A stretch of 58,018 nt of DNA, the filler included, from Gonapodya sp. JEL0774 (Eukaryota), in the NCBI GenBank assembly GCA_027604505.1. It is 5 parts of 5 records of this genome, joined end to end, with 100 filler letters (N's around TTAATTAATTAA, not from the genome) between each part and the next. Parts side by side here need not be neighbours in the genome. Positions count along the whole stretch, not along the records: positions 23,369 to 34,901 come from JADIIX010000356.1; positions 35,002 to 46,493 come from JADIIX010000357.1; 3 more parts are not named here. One strand, given 5' to 3'. Made by a program: the position numbers and the translations under genes. A model generated the notes under the pieces. The model was not told the DNA's origin, made no database searches, and saw only the letters and a program-made list of their open reading frames with translations. Positions 26,099-38,087 of the stretch are shown in pieces. Numbering within the stretch: the first letter of the stretch is position 1; each line of letters begins with the position of its first letter.

Positions 26099-26437
26099 TT
26101 CGGTGTGAATGGGACGTGAAAGTGTGATTCGATGAGTTGTAGTGGTGGGTTTGGTTGAGGCGGGTCTCACTGCTGGCAAACTCAAGCGAAGTGGCGCAGA
26201 CGAATGGGGGTGAGAAGACACCAGAAGTCACCAACACATCTGCAAATTACATATTCTAAGTGCACATGTGAAATTCACATTTGATCGTCGAATGAACCTG
26301 TGGATCTTGATGGGTGATGGAAAATGGGGGTTATGGAACGATGACCATGATCCAGGACTATGCAGAATATTGATCCAGATATCGACTGCTCCAAAATTTT
26401 TGGCAATAATATAAATACACTCCTTTTGCGCGACGTT

Positions 26438-28657
26438 CTACCACGGCGACTTTCCATCCCATATCCACCCACCGTCAACACCCCCCGTCACTGTGGAGGT
26501 GTTCGCAGAGTCACAGACCTCCATCAAACCCCTCATCTCCGGACACCCGTGCCATGGCATTCCTCCTCTCAATCCAGGATCTCGCTGTTTCCGCTTCTTT
26601 GGTAGGACATCGTGTGACACGTTTCGAAATCTTGCACTCGCGCCCACAGCTGAGTTAATTCTGTCCGTATCCACTGGCAATATTGGTCCGGGGCGGCCAC
26701 ATCCATGTGGGTCCCTTAAGAACGGTACGATGGAAAGTGCGAGTTCGTGGGGTGGGACTGGAAGCGACGCTCCGCTGAGGGCTCCTTGCGCCGTCATGAT
26801 CATCCTATCCAAAACTTTCCCCACATCAAATCTGAGACCCGTTTTGGAATGATCGCCCGGTTTCCTTGGCACATTAATTACTATATCCGTCCCATTGACC
26901 ATCACTTTGCTCTCGTCGTTGACCACTCCCCCATGATCCACGCCAACGAACTGCATGCGGTCCAGTGGAAATCGGAGTGCCGGAACGTGGACGTGGGTAA
27001 ATCGAAAGGATTTGTGAGGCAAAGAGATAAGCGTAAGGTGACGGGGATATCGGCCTGTTATCGAGTGGTGGCATCGAGTGGTGAGCCAGAGTGGTACTTG
27101 TAAACTGCACCTCCTTGAATGTTTTGCAATTGGAACTTACCTGTAACTTCTCGAAACCTGCACAGCCCGAAAAGAACATTCTCGTATGAGTCTCGCGCAA
27201 ACTCCTCTGTTGTGGTTCTCTCGTGAACAGGCCACTCCTCTGCGTTGATTCTGTCTCCACGACTACTCAAAAGAGATTCGTCGAACCACCCCATAAGTGA
27301 TGCAAGAAGATGATATGAAGCCGCCTCCGTGAGTGAAGTTGACGGTAGTTTGGATTGACCTGCCGGTTGGTTGCGTCGCGGAGGCGGCGCACCAAGAAGG
27401 AGGATCAGTGTGCAGTTTTGCAACTCAGTGAGACACAGAAATATGCGCACTCTTGCGGTATCATCGGATACCGAAGCTTACCGGCCAACTTTCAGGCTCA
27501 ATACGCTTTGGTAACCCACCTCCCGAAAACATCAACAGAGCTTCCTTGTTGTGTGCTGCTCGTCCAACACCCTCGCGGACATGATTTACAAACGCTCGCA
27601 CATCTGTCTCGTTCTGAAAGTCGTCCAACCACCAGCTCCTTGGGTCGAGTACAATGTCTCGAATGGAGGGTNNNNNNNNNNNNNNNNNNNNNNNNNNNNN
27701 NNNNNNNNNNNNNNNNNNNNNNNNNNNNNNNNNNNNNNNNNNNNNNNNNNNNNNNNNNNNNNNNNNNAACGCTCGCACATCTGTCTCGTTCTGAAAGTCG
27801 TCCAACCACCAGCTCCTTGGGTCGAGTACAATGTCTCGAATGGAGGATTGGATGTCCGAGCAGGACAAGTTGGAGGGGGAAGACTGGAGACGAGTCAGCG
27901 CGGCTGGATTTAGAATTCCGTGTCCAGCGACAAGGACAAGGTCGCGTAAGGAGGAGCGGAGACGTCGATCGGAAAGAGGAGTTCGAATGATAAATGGGTC
28001 CGCCGACAAAGCGTCAGTCGGCTTCTCCATTTGAGGTACCGGGCCCAAAGCCGGGTGGGATGTTTTCGAGTGTGAATCAGTTGAAACGGGTGATGCGGAC
28101 CCGGCCTCCAGGGATAATTTCGTAACCGAGTCCTCCAGAATCGTTGTTTCAACAGGATCTTCCGCATGGTATTCGGACGGCACTTCCATCGCCCGCCCTG
28201 AAGTCCAACTCCCAATTTCATTCACTATGCCGATGGCGAATAACAAGAACCCGAACACTGCGACCCCACAGAGCGCCGCCGTCCAGATACGAGTCACTGG
28301 ATCACCGTGCTTTTTTCTGCGGCCAACCAAGCAGAACGCACGAGCAAAAGTGAGGAACATGGACATGATGGAATGCAAAAGTCCCGAGTGACCAGTACCC
28401 GACCGAGATTGCTGCGAGAACCGAGATGTGGGCAGCAATGGTGCATTGAATTCAGTGCTCCGTTGGAACTCGTGCCTCAAAGAACTTTGGATCCCGTTGC
28501 TACCACGGGGTAAGTCCACTGATGCGCTTTTTCTTTGTTGTATGGGCGCAGTCTGAGAATACAGGGAGGGGAGGCGAGCGTAACTGAGCAGAGAATCGCT
28601 TCCGTTTGGCGTCGATGAAGCAGAGGTGGGGTCCGATGTCAGACGGGAGCGCGTCAT
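26438..28657 (-). CDS. YOR238W/SPAC57A10.07-like DUF218-type protein with an N-terminal transmembrane helix
   Basis: Motifs LVLVAGHGI, WWLDDFQ, LLMFSGG|QSK, TEAASY, TTEEFARDSYENVLFGLCRF, YPRHLTLI, DPHGC, KRKQRDP, CPEM and terminal PW. The TM segment is IWTAALCGVAVFGFLLFAIGIV. Confidence 0.8.
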
Positions 28658-29138
28658 GTATCGGGATCAGGAGCAACACGAGTGGTCCGGGACTGAATGT
28701 AGCTGACGTGTTACGACCAAAACCATGCATGCATCATGGAAACAAACCTTCAAATTCACCCGCCACACTCTCCATCAACATTTAGCCGGCAGCATTTGAG
28801 TCATGAACGAACATGTCACACTATGGCACACTACTATATGATCTAGATGTATGATAGTTTCCAACTGTTGCGAGCCACTCGCTCACTGCAGGGTAATATG
28901 TGTCTTATCTAACGTACTTAGTTCTCTCCCGAGATACCATTGAAAGCGAGCTTGTACTATATTTTCCTTCCTTTTAACCTGCCATTGACTGGGTCGGTCC
29001 AAACTGAAACGTCAGTACTCATTTTGCCCGAAGTCTTCGCAACCTCCAAAATGTGCTCTCCAATGCACCCACCCTAAATGGGGTCTATGTATATAATTGC
29101 ACTCGGTTTCAACGACTGTCCTAAGCAAGCTAGCAACG

Positions 29139-30420
29139 ATGTCCGCCCTTCCGCTTGTTCTCGTCATTGGAGCAGCGGGAGCCACAGGACTTCCGATTGT
29201 CAATGCGCTTGCAAAGAAGTGAGCTATCGAGCTAGTCGTCCCACCTCGTCTAAATTGCGCAACAGTCGTCAATTTCCTTTTCTTCAGTGGATCTACCCGC
29301 GTCGCCGCCCTTGTTCGCCCATCGTCCCTCTCCGATCCATCGTATGGTCCCCGACTTGCCCATTTCCGATCTCTCGACGTTGAAATCCGGTCAGGTTCCC
29401 TCCGCGACACCGAAGATGAGATACGAGGATGGATGAACGGCGCGGACGTAGTCATATCATGTGTGATTTACAGCGAACTGTTGGCTCAGAGGCGGGTTGT
29501 GAAGGTGGCCAAGGAGATCGGGGTGAAGCGTTTCGTCCCCAGTGATTTCGCGGGTTATTGTCCTGGAGGGGGAATCATGGCGTTGCAGGAAAAGGTACAT
29601 AAAGTTGTTTTCGCAGTGATTGTCGGAGTCTTGTTCGTCGGTCGTTCTCACTATGGTATCAATCCACAAAGTACAGAAGGAGCTCGTTCACAAGTGCATC
29701 ATCGAATCTGAACTCGGGTACACTTTTATTGATACCGGAACATGGTCAGTTTTCTTTGGCGTTCAAGCTATATTCACTGCTTTGAAACGATATGGCGACC
29801 ACAACGTTGTTGATGTCGTTCGACGACAAAAGGTTCCAGGTGATTTTATACGAGATTGATGGCACTCCAATGTACGGTGGACCATACCCCGTACCCCCTG
29901 CTGGACCTATAACGTTTACAGTGATGGGATCTGGGGAGAAACGCAACGCTGTTACACACCTTCCGGACGTTGGTGAACTCGTGTCGCGGATAGTTCTGGA
30001 TCCACGCACAATTAACAAGCGGGTGTTTTGTATGGGTGATGCGGTGACGATGAACCAGATGGGGAACTGGTATGAGGAGGACGTTGGCGTAAAACTGACA
30101 TGGAAGCAGGTAGGGTGGCAATGTCAGTTGCAGTTTACATTCCTCTGATTGCATTTATTTCTTGGCAGCTTGATGAAGACCTCCTGCACCGCGGCATTGC
30201 CGAGTACCGTGCCATTATGGGGCCGATTGAGGGTGACCCTCCTATCCCACTGCCCCTTCTAGGAGCTGAGTACAATCTAAGTCGTTGGGTGCGAGGAGAC
30301 AACATGCCACCAATGGACTCATTAAAAAGCTGGGAGTTGTATCCAGATTATGTTTGCAAGAAATGGAGGGACTGGCTCCAGGAGATCGTGAGGAAGGGTC
30401 AAGTCGGACTCAATATGTGA
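29139..30420 (+). CDS. NmrA / isoflavone-reductase-like NAD(P)-binding oxidoreductase (multi-exon)
   Basis: VLVIGAAGATGLPIVNAL (Rossmann), GADVVIS, GVKRFVPSDF, LGYTFIDTGTW, DVGELVSRIVLDPRTINKRV and LYPD. Confidence 0.9.
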
Positions 30421-30573
30421 TTCGATGATTATGCATAGATTTCACACGTAGAGAGCACTCACGAAGAGCACTTTTGTTGCCCCGTTCAAGATGGACAGTC
30501 CGGCTGGAAAAAGGATTTGCCGCACATCCCTGACCAAAAGCCAGCAATCCAGGTATATTTGTTTCCAACCAAG

Positions 30574-31977
30574 ATGGCGCCTACAAAAGCTGTTCTTATT
30601 GGCATCAATTACCGCGGCTCGGCCCAAGAACTTCGAGGTGCGATTGTCCCCCATCCAGCGTTGAACGGGTCTCGGGTCTCTCAGCATCCAATGACGGTTT
30701 TCTTTCGCCACGGCAGGCTGCATTAACGATGTCACGAACGTTTCGAAGTACCTTTCATCTGTCGCTGGCTACAATCCAGCGAATATGGTCATTTTGGTGA
30801 GAGATTGTGCTTGCCCAAATGGGAAACCATAACGGCACCTCACGATATCTTCCCCAGACGGACGACCATGGTGCTCAGGATGCCAAGTTCATGCCTACGA
30901 ATAAGAATATTCGAGCATCTTTCCAGTGGCTTTTGAGGGATGCCAGGGCTGGAGACCATCTGTTTCTGCACGTGGGTCAACCCGGTTTGAGCTGTTCGCC
31001 AGCAAAAGTTACACGATGTCAAACGTATCACTGGCGCTCCATATGATTTAGTACTCGGGCCACGGAAGCCAAGAGATTGATACTGACGGACGGGCTAGTG
31101 GAAAAGACGATACAATCGTTCCTATTGATTACCAAACGAATGGTCAGATTGGCTCCGACGTAAGCGGCTTTCAGAACCTCAAGCGTGACAATCACGTGTG
31201 ACGATACTAATCCAGTCGTTTACAGGACCTTCACCGAATGCTCGTGACTCCTCTTCCAAACGGAGTTCGTCTCACCGTACTGATGGACTGCTGCCGTGAG
31301 AATTTGATAGTTTCCTAAACGTCTGTCCGTCAAAAATCCAATCTGTATTTCCCCCACTCTGCCTAGATTCTGGTTCCATCTTGCAACTCCCCTTCCATTT
31401 CCGTACCGACGGCGACGGAAACGTCGTGAAGTTTGACTTCGCGAAGAAAGCCTTGGCATCTATCAGCAATGTGCAAACCCTGCTAGGAAAAGATTTACCC
31501 GTAACTCACAAGATAGCAGCCGCAAAGGACTTGTTCAACAACGTCAAGGACATCTGGACACACCTGAAGCAACCTGAGGGCCAGAACCAGCAACAGCAAA
31601 CCGGGCAGGGACCACGATTGGAGGAGCAAGATTACGGACACCCCGAATGGAACACCGAAAACAAGGAGGTCTTTTGTTTCTCCGGCTGCATGGACGAACA
31701 AACGAGGTGGGCCACGATGGAGACTTAACTGCTCGTGATATCCTAACCATCCTTTCGAACCGATACTGCGAAATTCAGTGCGGATGCGACAATTCAAGGT
31801 ACTGCTTCTGGGGCGATGTCATGGGCGCTCTTGACAACTCTTCAGCAGCAACCGAGGCAGAGTTACGCCTCCCTTCTCACGAACACCCGTCAACTTCTGG
31901 CTCAAAAGTACAGCCAGGTGCCCCAGCTCAGCGTGGGCCGAGACAACGAGAACCTCGAAGCTCCATTCGACCCTTAG
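30574..31977 (+). CDS. MCA1: Metacaspase (peptidase C14B), no N-terminal prodomain
   Basis: KAVLIGINY, LRG|CINDV, PTNKNIR, YSGHG (catalytic His), DCC|HSG (catalytic Cys), FSGCMDEQT|SADA, GAMSWA and QVPQLS. Introns are GT-AG. Confidence 0.95.
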
Positions 31978-32389
31978 TTATTTCCGTCATTCGTTTATGT
32001 GATTTACGTGCGGTGTTTATCAGCCTTATATAAATTCAATAAGATATGCCATCTCCGAAACGGCTCATGATCCACACCTGGTGAGAAGTATCAGAATGAT
32101 TAAAATCAATAGGCAGGGGCAGCATTACTCTATTTCCAAGCCGAGTTTGGTCTTCAGCTCGGGAGGTTTGACTGTCCGAGTGCCAGCCCGATCGTCATAT
32201 TGGGATTCATGGGTTCGCTACCCGTTACATTTGCGCGCCCGGGCAAGCCTTCAAGTAATTTCGAATTCCGTGGAGGAGTTTGCATGGTCACACGTACAAT
32301 CATTGAAAGAAAAAGAGAATATTTCCGTCCCCTACACTCAGTGATTTAGCTGTACATATCTTATACTTGTAAACATGCATGATCTTCAG

Positions 32390-34482
32390 TCAGACTTTTC
32401 TCTCACGGATCCTGACTGGCAATCCACCTTTCCCGACACCCAATGTTATGAAAGACTGTCCTTCGATCTCCTTGCTTGTGTCAAACAGTGGCTCGAGGTC
32501 AAACCTTCGGAACATGTGGCCTAAAACAGTTCGCATTTCGTTCCAGGCGAAGTTCTTGCCGATACAATCCCTACGATAGAACGTTTTCATTTAGTACGTG
32601 GAACGACTCTTGTGGAGTTCAATGCATTCCGATTTCCAAACCTCAACTGACCTCGATCCCATCGAAAACGTGATGAACCCGCCCTCCTTTGCGAGCATCT
32701 TGGGTTCCCCGTACATCGCTCTGTGTGCAGATTTACTATCGGTTGCTGATCGAGCACTCTCTGGAAGAACACCCCACGCTTCTTCCTCAGCGGGACCGGC
32801 CCCAGAGGGTTCGAGCCAACGTTCCGGGAGGAACTCCAAGGGGCGAAGCCAGACTGTGATGAGAAGAACATATCGTCAATACCGAAAGGACGTTTGAAGA
32901 CGAATATGTCGGAAAAGCACTTTTGTCGCTCCTGTGCACGGCGTAAATGGCGACATTGAGCTTGGTACCAGCGGGTATTCGATGTTGCTTCACGCTCCCA
33001 TTCGGAGCTGTCACTTTCATCATCGTGTCCTCTGTTACCTCTCGCAAGATCACAGGCGCAACAGGCTTGAGCCGCATGGACTCCTTGATGCACGCGTCGA
33101 AATAGGGAAGAGTCTTGAGCTTCTCGAGATTCAGAGTACTCGTGAGGCCATGGGGGAATGCCGAATCGAGTTCCGCCTGGAGCTTTTGCATGGCCTGGGG
33201 GTTCTTGAGCATGAAATATACAAACCAGGCCATGGAGTTAGCCGTGGTCTCTGAGCCAGCGATCACAAAAATGTTGACGCTGGTCCCAATTTCCTCTGGT
33301 GTCATCACGTCGCCATCATCGTCCTTATAGTCCAAAAGCATTTGTAAAATGTCCTCTCGTCGCTTCCCTTGTGCGTTCAGCTGCTTTCGTGTTGAGATAA
33401 CTTCATCCAAGAAACGGAACGTGGTCTCCGCAGCCTGGCCCGCTTTCAGGAAGCGGATTGGTATATACTTGACGAATGGAAGAAATATCTTGCTGATTGC
33501 GTACTGGAACAGAACCTCGCGTGCATGGTGGAGCGGATGGTTGCCTGTTTCTATCATATTGAAGGATCGGCCGAACGCAGTTTCACCAATGATATCAAGA
33601 GCAATGTTCTGCAGAAGTACAGGCGGGGGGACAAAATAGCTCAACACAAACTGAAGTGGACAAAAGCATCGATGAATGCACATGATGCAGAACTTCTTCT
33701 CACGTGGAATGCCTTGTTCAAATCGATGGGTGCCCATCCCTCGGCGTCCCTTAAAGTCATGACTTTCCTTTGAAACTGATCCCAAACTTTGACCATGTAT
33801 CCCCCGAGATTGTTGAGGTATCGAATAGAGAATGCTGGAGTCACCATACGCCGAGCACGTCTGTGGAAAGCACGATCAACTGTCATGAAGAGATTGTCGG
33901 GATCCTGTGGAAGCGCCAACGGGTGACATCAGTTCGACGGTGCTATGATACTTTTGGAGTACGTATTTAACTCACGGTCTCGAGGATTCGCAAACGGCCA
34001 TACACCTCGCGATTCTTGGGCAGATCTTCTCTTTTTAGCACTTGTTCGATGATGTCGGGGTCCGACACCGAGATCATATCGGTGTTTACCCTGAAGGAGG
34101 ATCAACGCGTTCAATTGATATCAATTCTGACGGATTATACACAGGTCGTTCAGAAAACGGGACAGCATACGCGCCACTAAGTTGCTTTATGGATTACGCG
34201 TGACGGGTAATTCTGCTCGTGTATCTGCATTATGCGATTGGTCACTCACGCTATTACAGTTCCGAGCTCATCGTGAGCTGCAAGAGAATAAACGAATCCT
34301 TTTCCTCTCAAGACAGTAAGAATGCCCATCCACGGAACCCATTGAACTGCTCTCTTAGTCGGGAGCTCTCGCAGTGGATTCCAGAACCACCAATCGAAGA
34401 GTGAGATGCAGGACATTGTGACCAGAAAGATGACCGCGGCCGACGCGAGGTTGGATACCGTGAGGAGCGCTATGAAGAACAT
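32390..34482 (-). CDS. Cytochrome P450 monooxygenase (multi-exon)
   Basis: N-terminal TM anchor, I-helix AGSETTA, ESMR (ExxR), FLPERW and heme motif FSMGSR|DCIG split by an intron. Confidence 0.95.
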
Positions 34483-34901
34483 TGTCGATTAGATGCCAAA
34501 GATGCCAAACTCGCTCGAAGTTGACTGAAATGGAACATGGACGGCGGCTCGGTTGAACATTTGAGACCCGGCAAAGAGATCACAATATTTTTACAAAAAC
34601 CCCAAACAAATGCTCGGTTTGTCATGTGAAAATAGCAATATCAAACACTCGTTTATTGTTTCGTGCTCGAATGTACTTCTATTCACAGTTCTTTTCGTTG
34701 AAAATTAAGTACAGAAGGCTACGTATCAGTCGCCTGGGGATCTGTCACCTCCCTCCCCTCTGCAACTCTCCGATTTACACTGCGACACGAAGTATGCTGT
34801 CAGTCACACTCAACCCAATTCCGACCTGCGACAAACACGTAGTCGAAATTGAAGTTTTGGTTAGAGGTGACGTCATTAGAGTTCAGCAGTGTTCAATCAG
34901 A

Positions 34902-35001
34902 NNNNNNNNNNNNNNNNNNNNNNNNNNNNNNNNNNNNNNNNNNNNTTAATTAATTAANNNNNNNNNNNNNNNNNNNNNNNNNNNNNNNNNNNNNNNNNNN
35001 N
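34902..35001. other. Artificial contig linker
   Basis: N44-TTAATTAATTAA-N44. Confidence 0.97.
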
Positions 35002-35836
35002 ACCCGAAATACCCATCCAGCTGAATTCAGAACCTATGTACTATTTAAACTTCTTATGGAGGATGTCGTTCAGGCGGCGAAGGCGTACGATACGTCGCAT
35101 TCCAATTTCGAGCGACAGCGGGAAAACTTCGCAGATGTGAAGAAAACGGTGGAACAGGTTCTTGGAAAGTCGAAACGAAATGTGTGTACTATGTGCTGTT
35201 TCTTGCTCCGTTGGTCTTGTTTGAAGTCTTCCATTCGACACCAGGTTGTTTTGGCTGTCACTCCGGAACAGCAAGGCTTTCCACCGCGCTCCGACTCCGT
35301 TCACGCTCTTTCCCACCCCGAAAATGTGAGTAGATGCTGATAGTTTTCTCGCTTTGATTCTCGGACTAATCTTTTCTCCCCGGTCCGCAATCTGTTTGAT
35401 TGGTTGTGATTGTCTTTATCAGCGAGCCTTCTCCCCTTCGCCTGAGGACACGAGACCTCTAGACACCGATGCTGTCACCCCACATACGCTCGCCAACATC
35501 TTGTTTCCTTCACTCATTCCATCACCAGCCTCTCCAACTTCCCCGGATGTCACCCCTCGCCCTTCTCCATCTCGCGCTCGAAGCCTTCACCTAGGTTCCA
35601 CGAGCACCCCCACGAGTCCTAACATGTCCTTCGCGACCGAGCTGTCGGATGCTTCTGGCGTCACACTGACGGCTCCGAGCACCTCTCATTGGGAATCGGT
35701 TCAAGCTCACGATCAGCCACCGAGATCTCCACAAGTCTCGAGTCATCGCAGGGAGTCTAGTACAGGGAAGAAATTGGGTAATCTGTCACGGAGGAAGAGT
35801 GAGGGTGTCATCTCTGAAGTTGCACGGAACGGATAG
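35002..35836 (+). CDS. Helical-repeat family paralogue 1 (5'-truncated), Ser/Pro-rich tail
   Basis: The frame is open from 35002: TRNTHPAEFRTYVLFKLLMEDVVQAAKAY..NFERQRENF. This aligns to TRSSHPEAFERYLRHKQKLREVEVAA of paralogue 3. Confidence 0.7.
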
Positions 35837-36418
35837 TGCGAATTAACTGAAGTTGAACCCTGGTTAATTGTTTGTGGGGTGGGACTGTGTTGGCTGGTCC
35901 CAAGTTTCATGCGGCGCCCACCTCAATGATTGCGTATTGTAGCCACGTACATTGTCTTTTTTGTTCTAGTGTATATTTTTGTTCACTATTTCGTCTTGTA
36001 ATGAAGATTTAAACTCGTTCGTAGGGTGATGTCCAAACGCTTCTATGCTATCGTGACTTCAAACAAATACCGAGAATTTACAAATCCATATAAGTGTTCA
36101 CTGTCTTGATGGTTTGTTCGTACGGGATAGCTTCTCTGGCAGGTATTGTNNNNNNNNNNNNNNNNNNNNNNNNNNNNNNNNNNNNNNNNNNNNNNNNNNN
36201 NNNNNNNNNNNNNNNNNNNNNNNNNNNNNNNNNNNNNNNNNNNNTACCGAGAATTTACAAATCCATATAAGTGTTCACTGTCTTGATGGTTTGTTCGTAC
36301 GGGATAGCTTCTCTGGCAGGTATTGTGAACGTTTCTGCTGGGGGAGTGGAAGCGCCACCCCCATTCAATTCATTGCCACACGAACCTTTATACCAGCTCC
36401 GATTGCCGATCCAGCATC

Positions 36419-37738
36419 ATGGACGACGATGCCGAATCATTTCCAGCCTCCGTGGCCGAGTCGTTTCCGCAAGAGTTTGAAAGATTCTCGAAGCTCAAAC
36501 TCCGCGCTCAAACAATCGAGAGTGGGGCGAGGACCTTGGACGCGGCCATTAACGGACAAGGGGCGGGACACGAGGGATCACAGAGTGTTGCGGAGCTCGT
36601 GCAGCATCACTTCCATCCTTCAGTGTACGCGCAGGTGAGATGTGGATCCTGATCGGACATGGATTTCTCTGAATGAAAGCTAACCTTCGTTGCCTGAATC
36701 TGAACCGTATGGCACCACCGCGCTGCACAGTACCTTCGATGGTAAATTCTTCAAAGCTCCGATAGCTTTCAGCTAAAGAACCCTGACCATAGGGTTGATT
36801 TGCTTCCCCAGGGTACCTGCGCTCGATTCTGTAACTTCCGCTGCATGGGATTTAAAATCTCACGCGGACTCCCTTGTGGAAGCCGAAACAGACATGCTAG
36901 ATGCAATGGCTGTTATTAATGATCGTGAAAAGGTAACTCGCGGTTCGTGCCTTTCTGGGGTGAACCACGGAGACGCAACTCTCCCACCACTTCCCTATAT
37001 CAGCCCTTTGAAATCTCCGTTGCCACACAAGAGCAAAGCTTGTTCCCACAACAACTTCAAGATCGCTATGCTGATCTCTATGAGGAGTACCTGAGAGCTA
37101 AACAGCGTGTTCAAGATGCCGAGGTTGCGTTTACCAACTTCGAACGAGCCTCAGTCGTCGTTGAAGAACGAGCGAGGGATTTTCTGGGAGCAGTGCAGGC
37201 AATGGATGCCGCAAGTCAGGTGATTTTCCTTAGCACCTAGAATTGATACTGTGAAGGTGCGATGCTTCTCTTCGTTTGTGGTTCACAGAACACAGCACAT
37301 TCATCGCGACAAGCTGCCCCTACACAACCGCATTTTGAACACGGCAAGCAACCGGTTGGTCAAGGAGCCCAGAACCTTTCTGGTCACACTCGATCCCCAT
37401 CTCAAAGCCAACCCCCACCCCCGTACAACAACGGGTCCATCTCTCGTCCAACGACGCCAACTCGTGATACATATCGACATTCTTCATCTTCCAGTCCCGC
37501 AGAAATCGAGAAACCGACCATACTTGAAGAGCACTTGTCTTTACCGCACAGTCCTGATGCCGATGCAGCCGCCAAACAGCGGCTAGACAGTAAAGGACAG
37601 CCTCGGGCTCATCAAACGTCGTCTCTTGCACACAACGTGGTGTCTGTGGCCCCTGCTGCAGAAGCGGCCCCACGTAGTAGCTCTCCTTGGCCGTGGAAAA
37701 AACGCAACCGGACTGCGAGCGTTCCTAGATCAAAATAG
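36419..37738 (+). CDS. Helical-repeat family paralogue 2, unknown function
   Basis: Predicted exons 36419-36634, 36731-36741 (micro-exon), 36812-36932, 37004-about 37219 and about 37289-37738. The protein aligns with paralogue 3 and shares intron positions. Confidence 0.75.
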
Positions 37739-38087
37739 CGGTTTGAAATTGAGGTCATCTCAGGTAGAATGGGAACGTGAGCTTCAGTACTTGTCTTAAG
37801 GCTGTGTAGATGGCAATAGCTTTGGGAACAAACAGGACATGGGTACGATTGACTACGCATCCTACGAACTTTTTGCAACGACTTCCCGAAACTCGATAGC
37901 TATAGCGTCTAACTTATTAACTCGATGACGGTGGTTTTGAATGCGCTGACTTTTGTTATGTACGTCTCAGACCCTTTTGGGTGCCCATTTCCTTTTCCCG
38001 GTGGCTTTCAAAACTCCGCCCCTTCATTTTGACAAGACCAGCCGGTTCGCTCGCACCTTCGCGCGGCCGCGCCGTGGGTCCTCCACG

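Noticed and set aside
27591..27846. Apparent 79-bp tandem duplication inside the DUF218-like gene
   Set aside because: Identical copies sit either side of an N gap (27672-27767). This is a typical unmerged contig overlap.
36068..36326. Apparent 82-bp tandem duplication
   Set aside because: Identical copies flank the N gap 36150-36244, so it is an assembly artefact.
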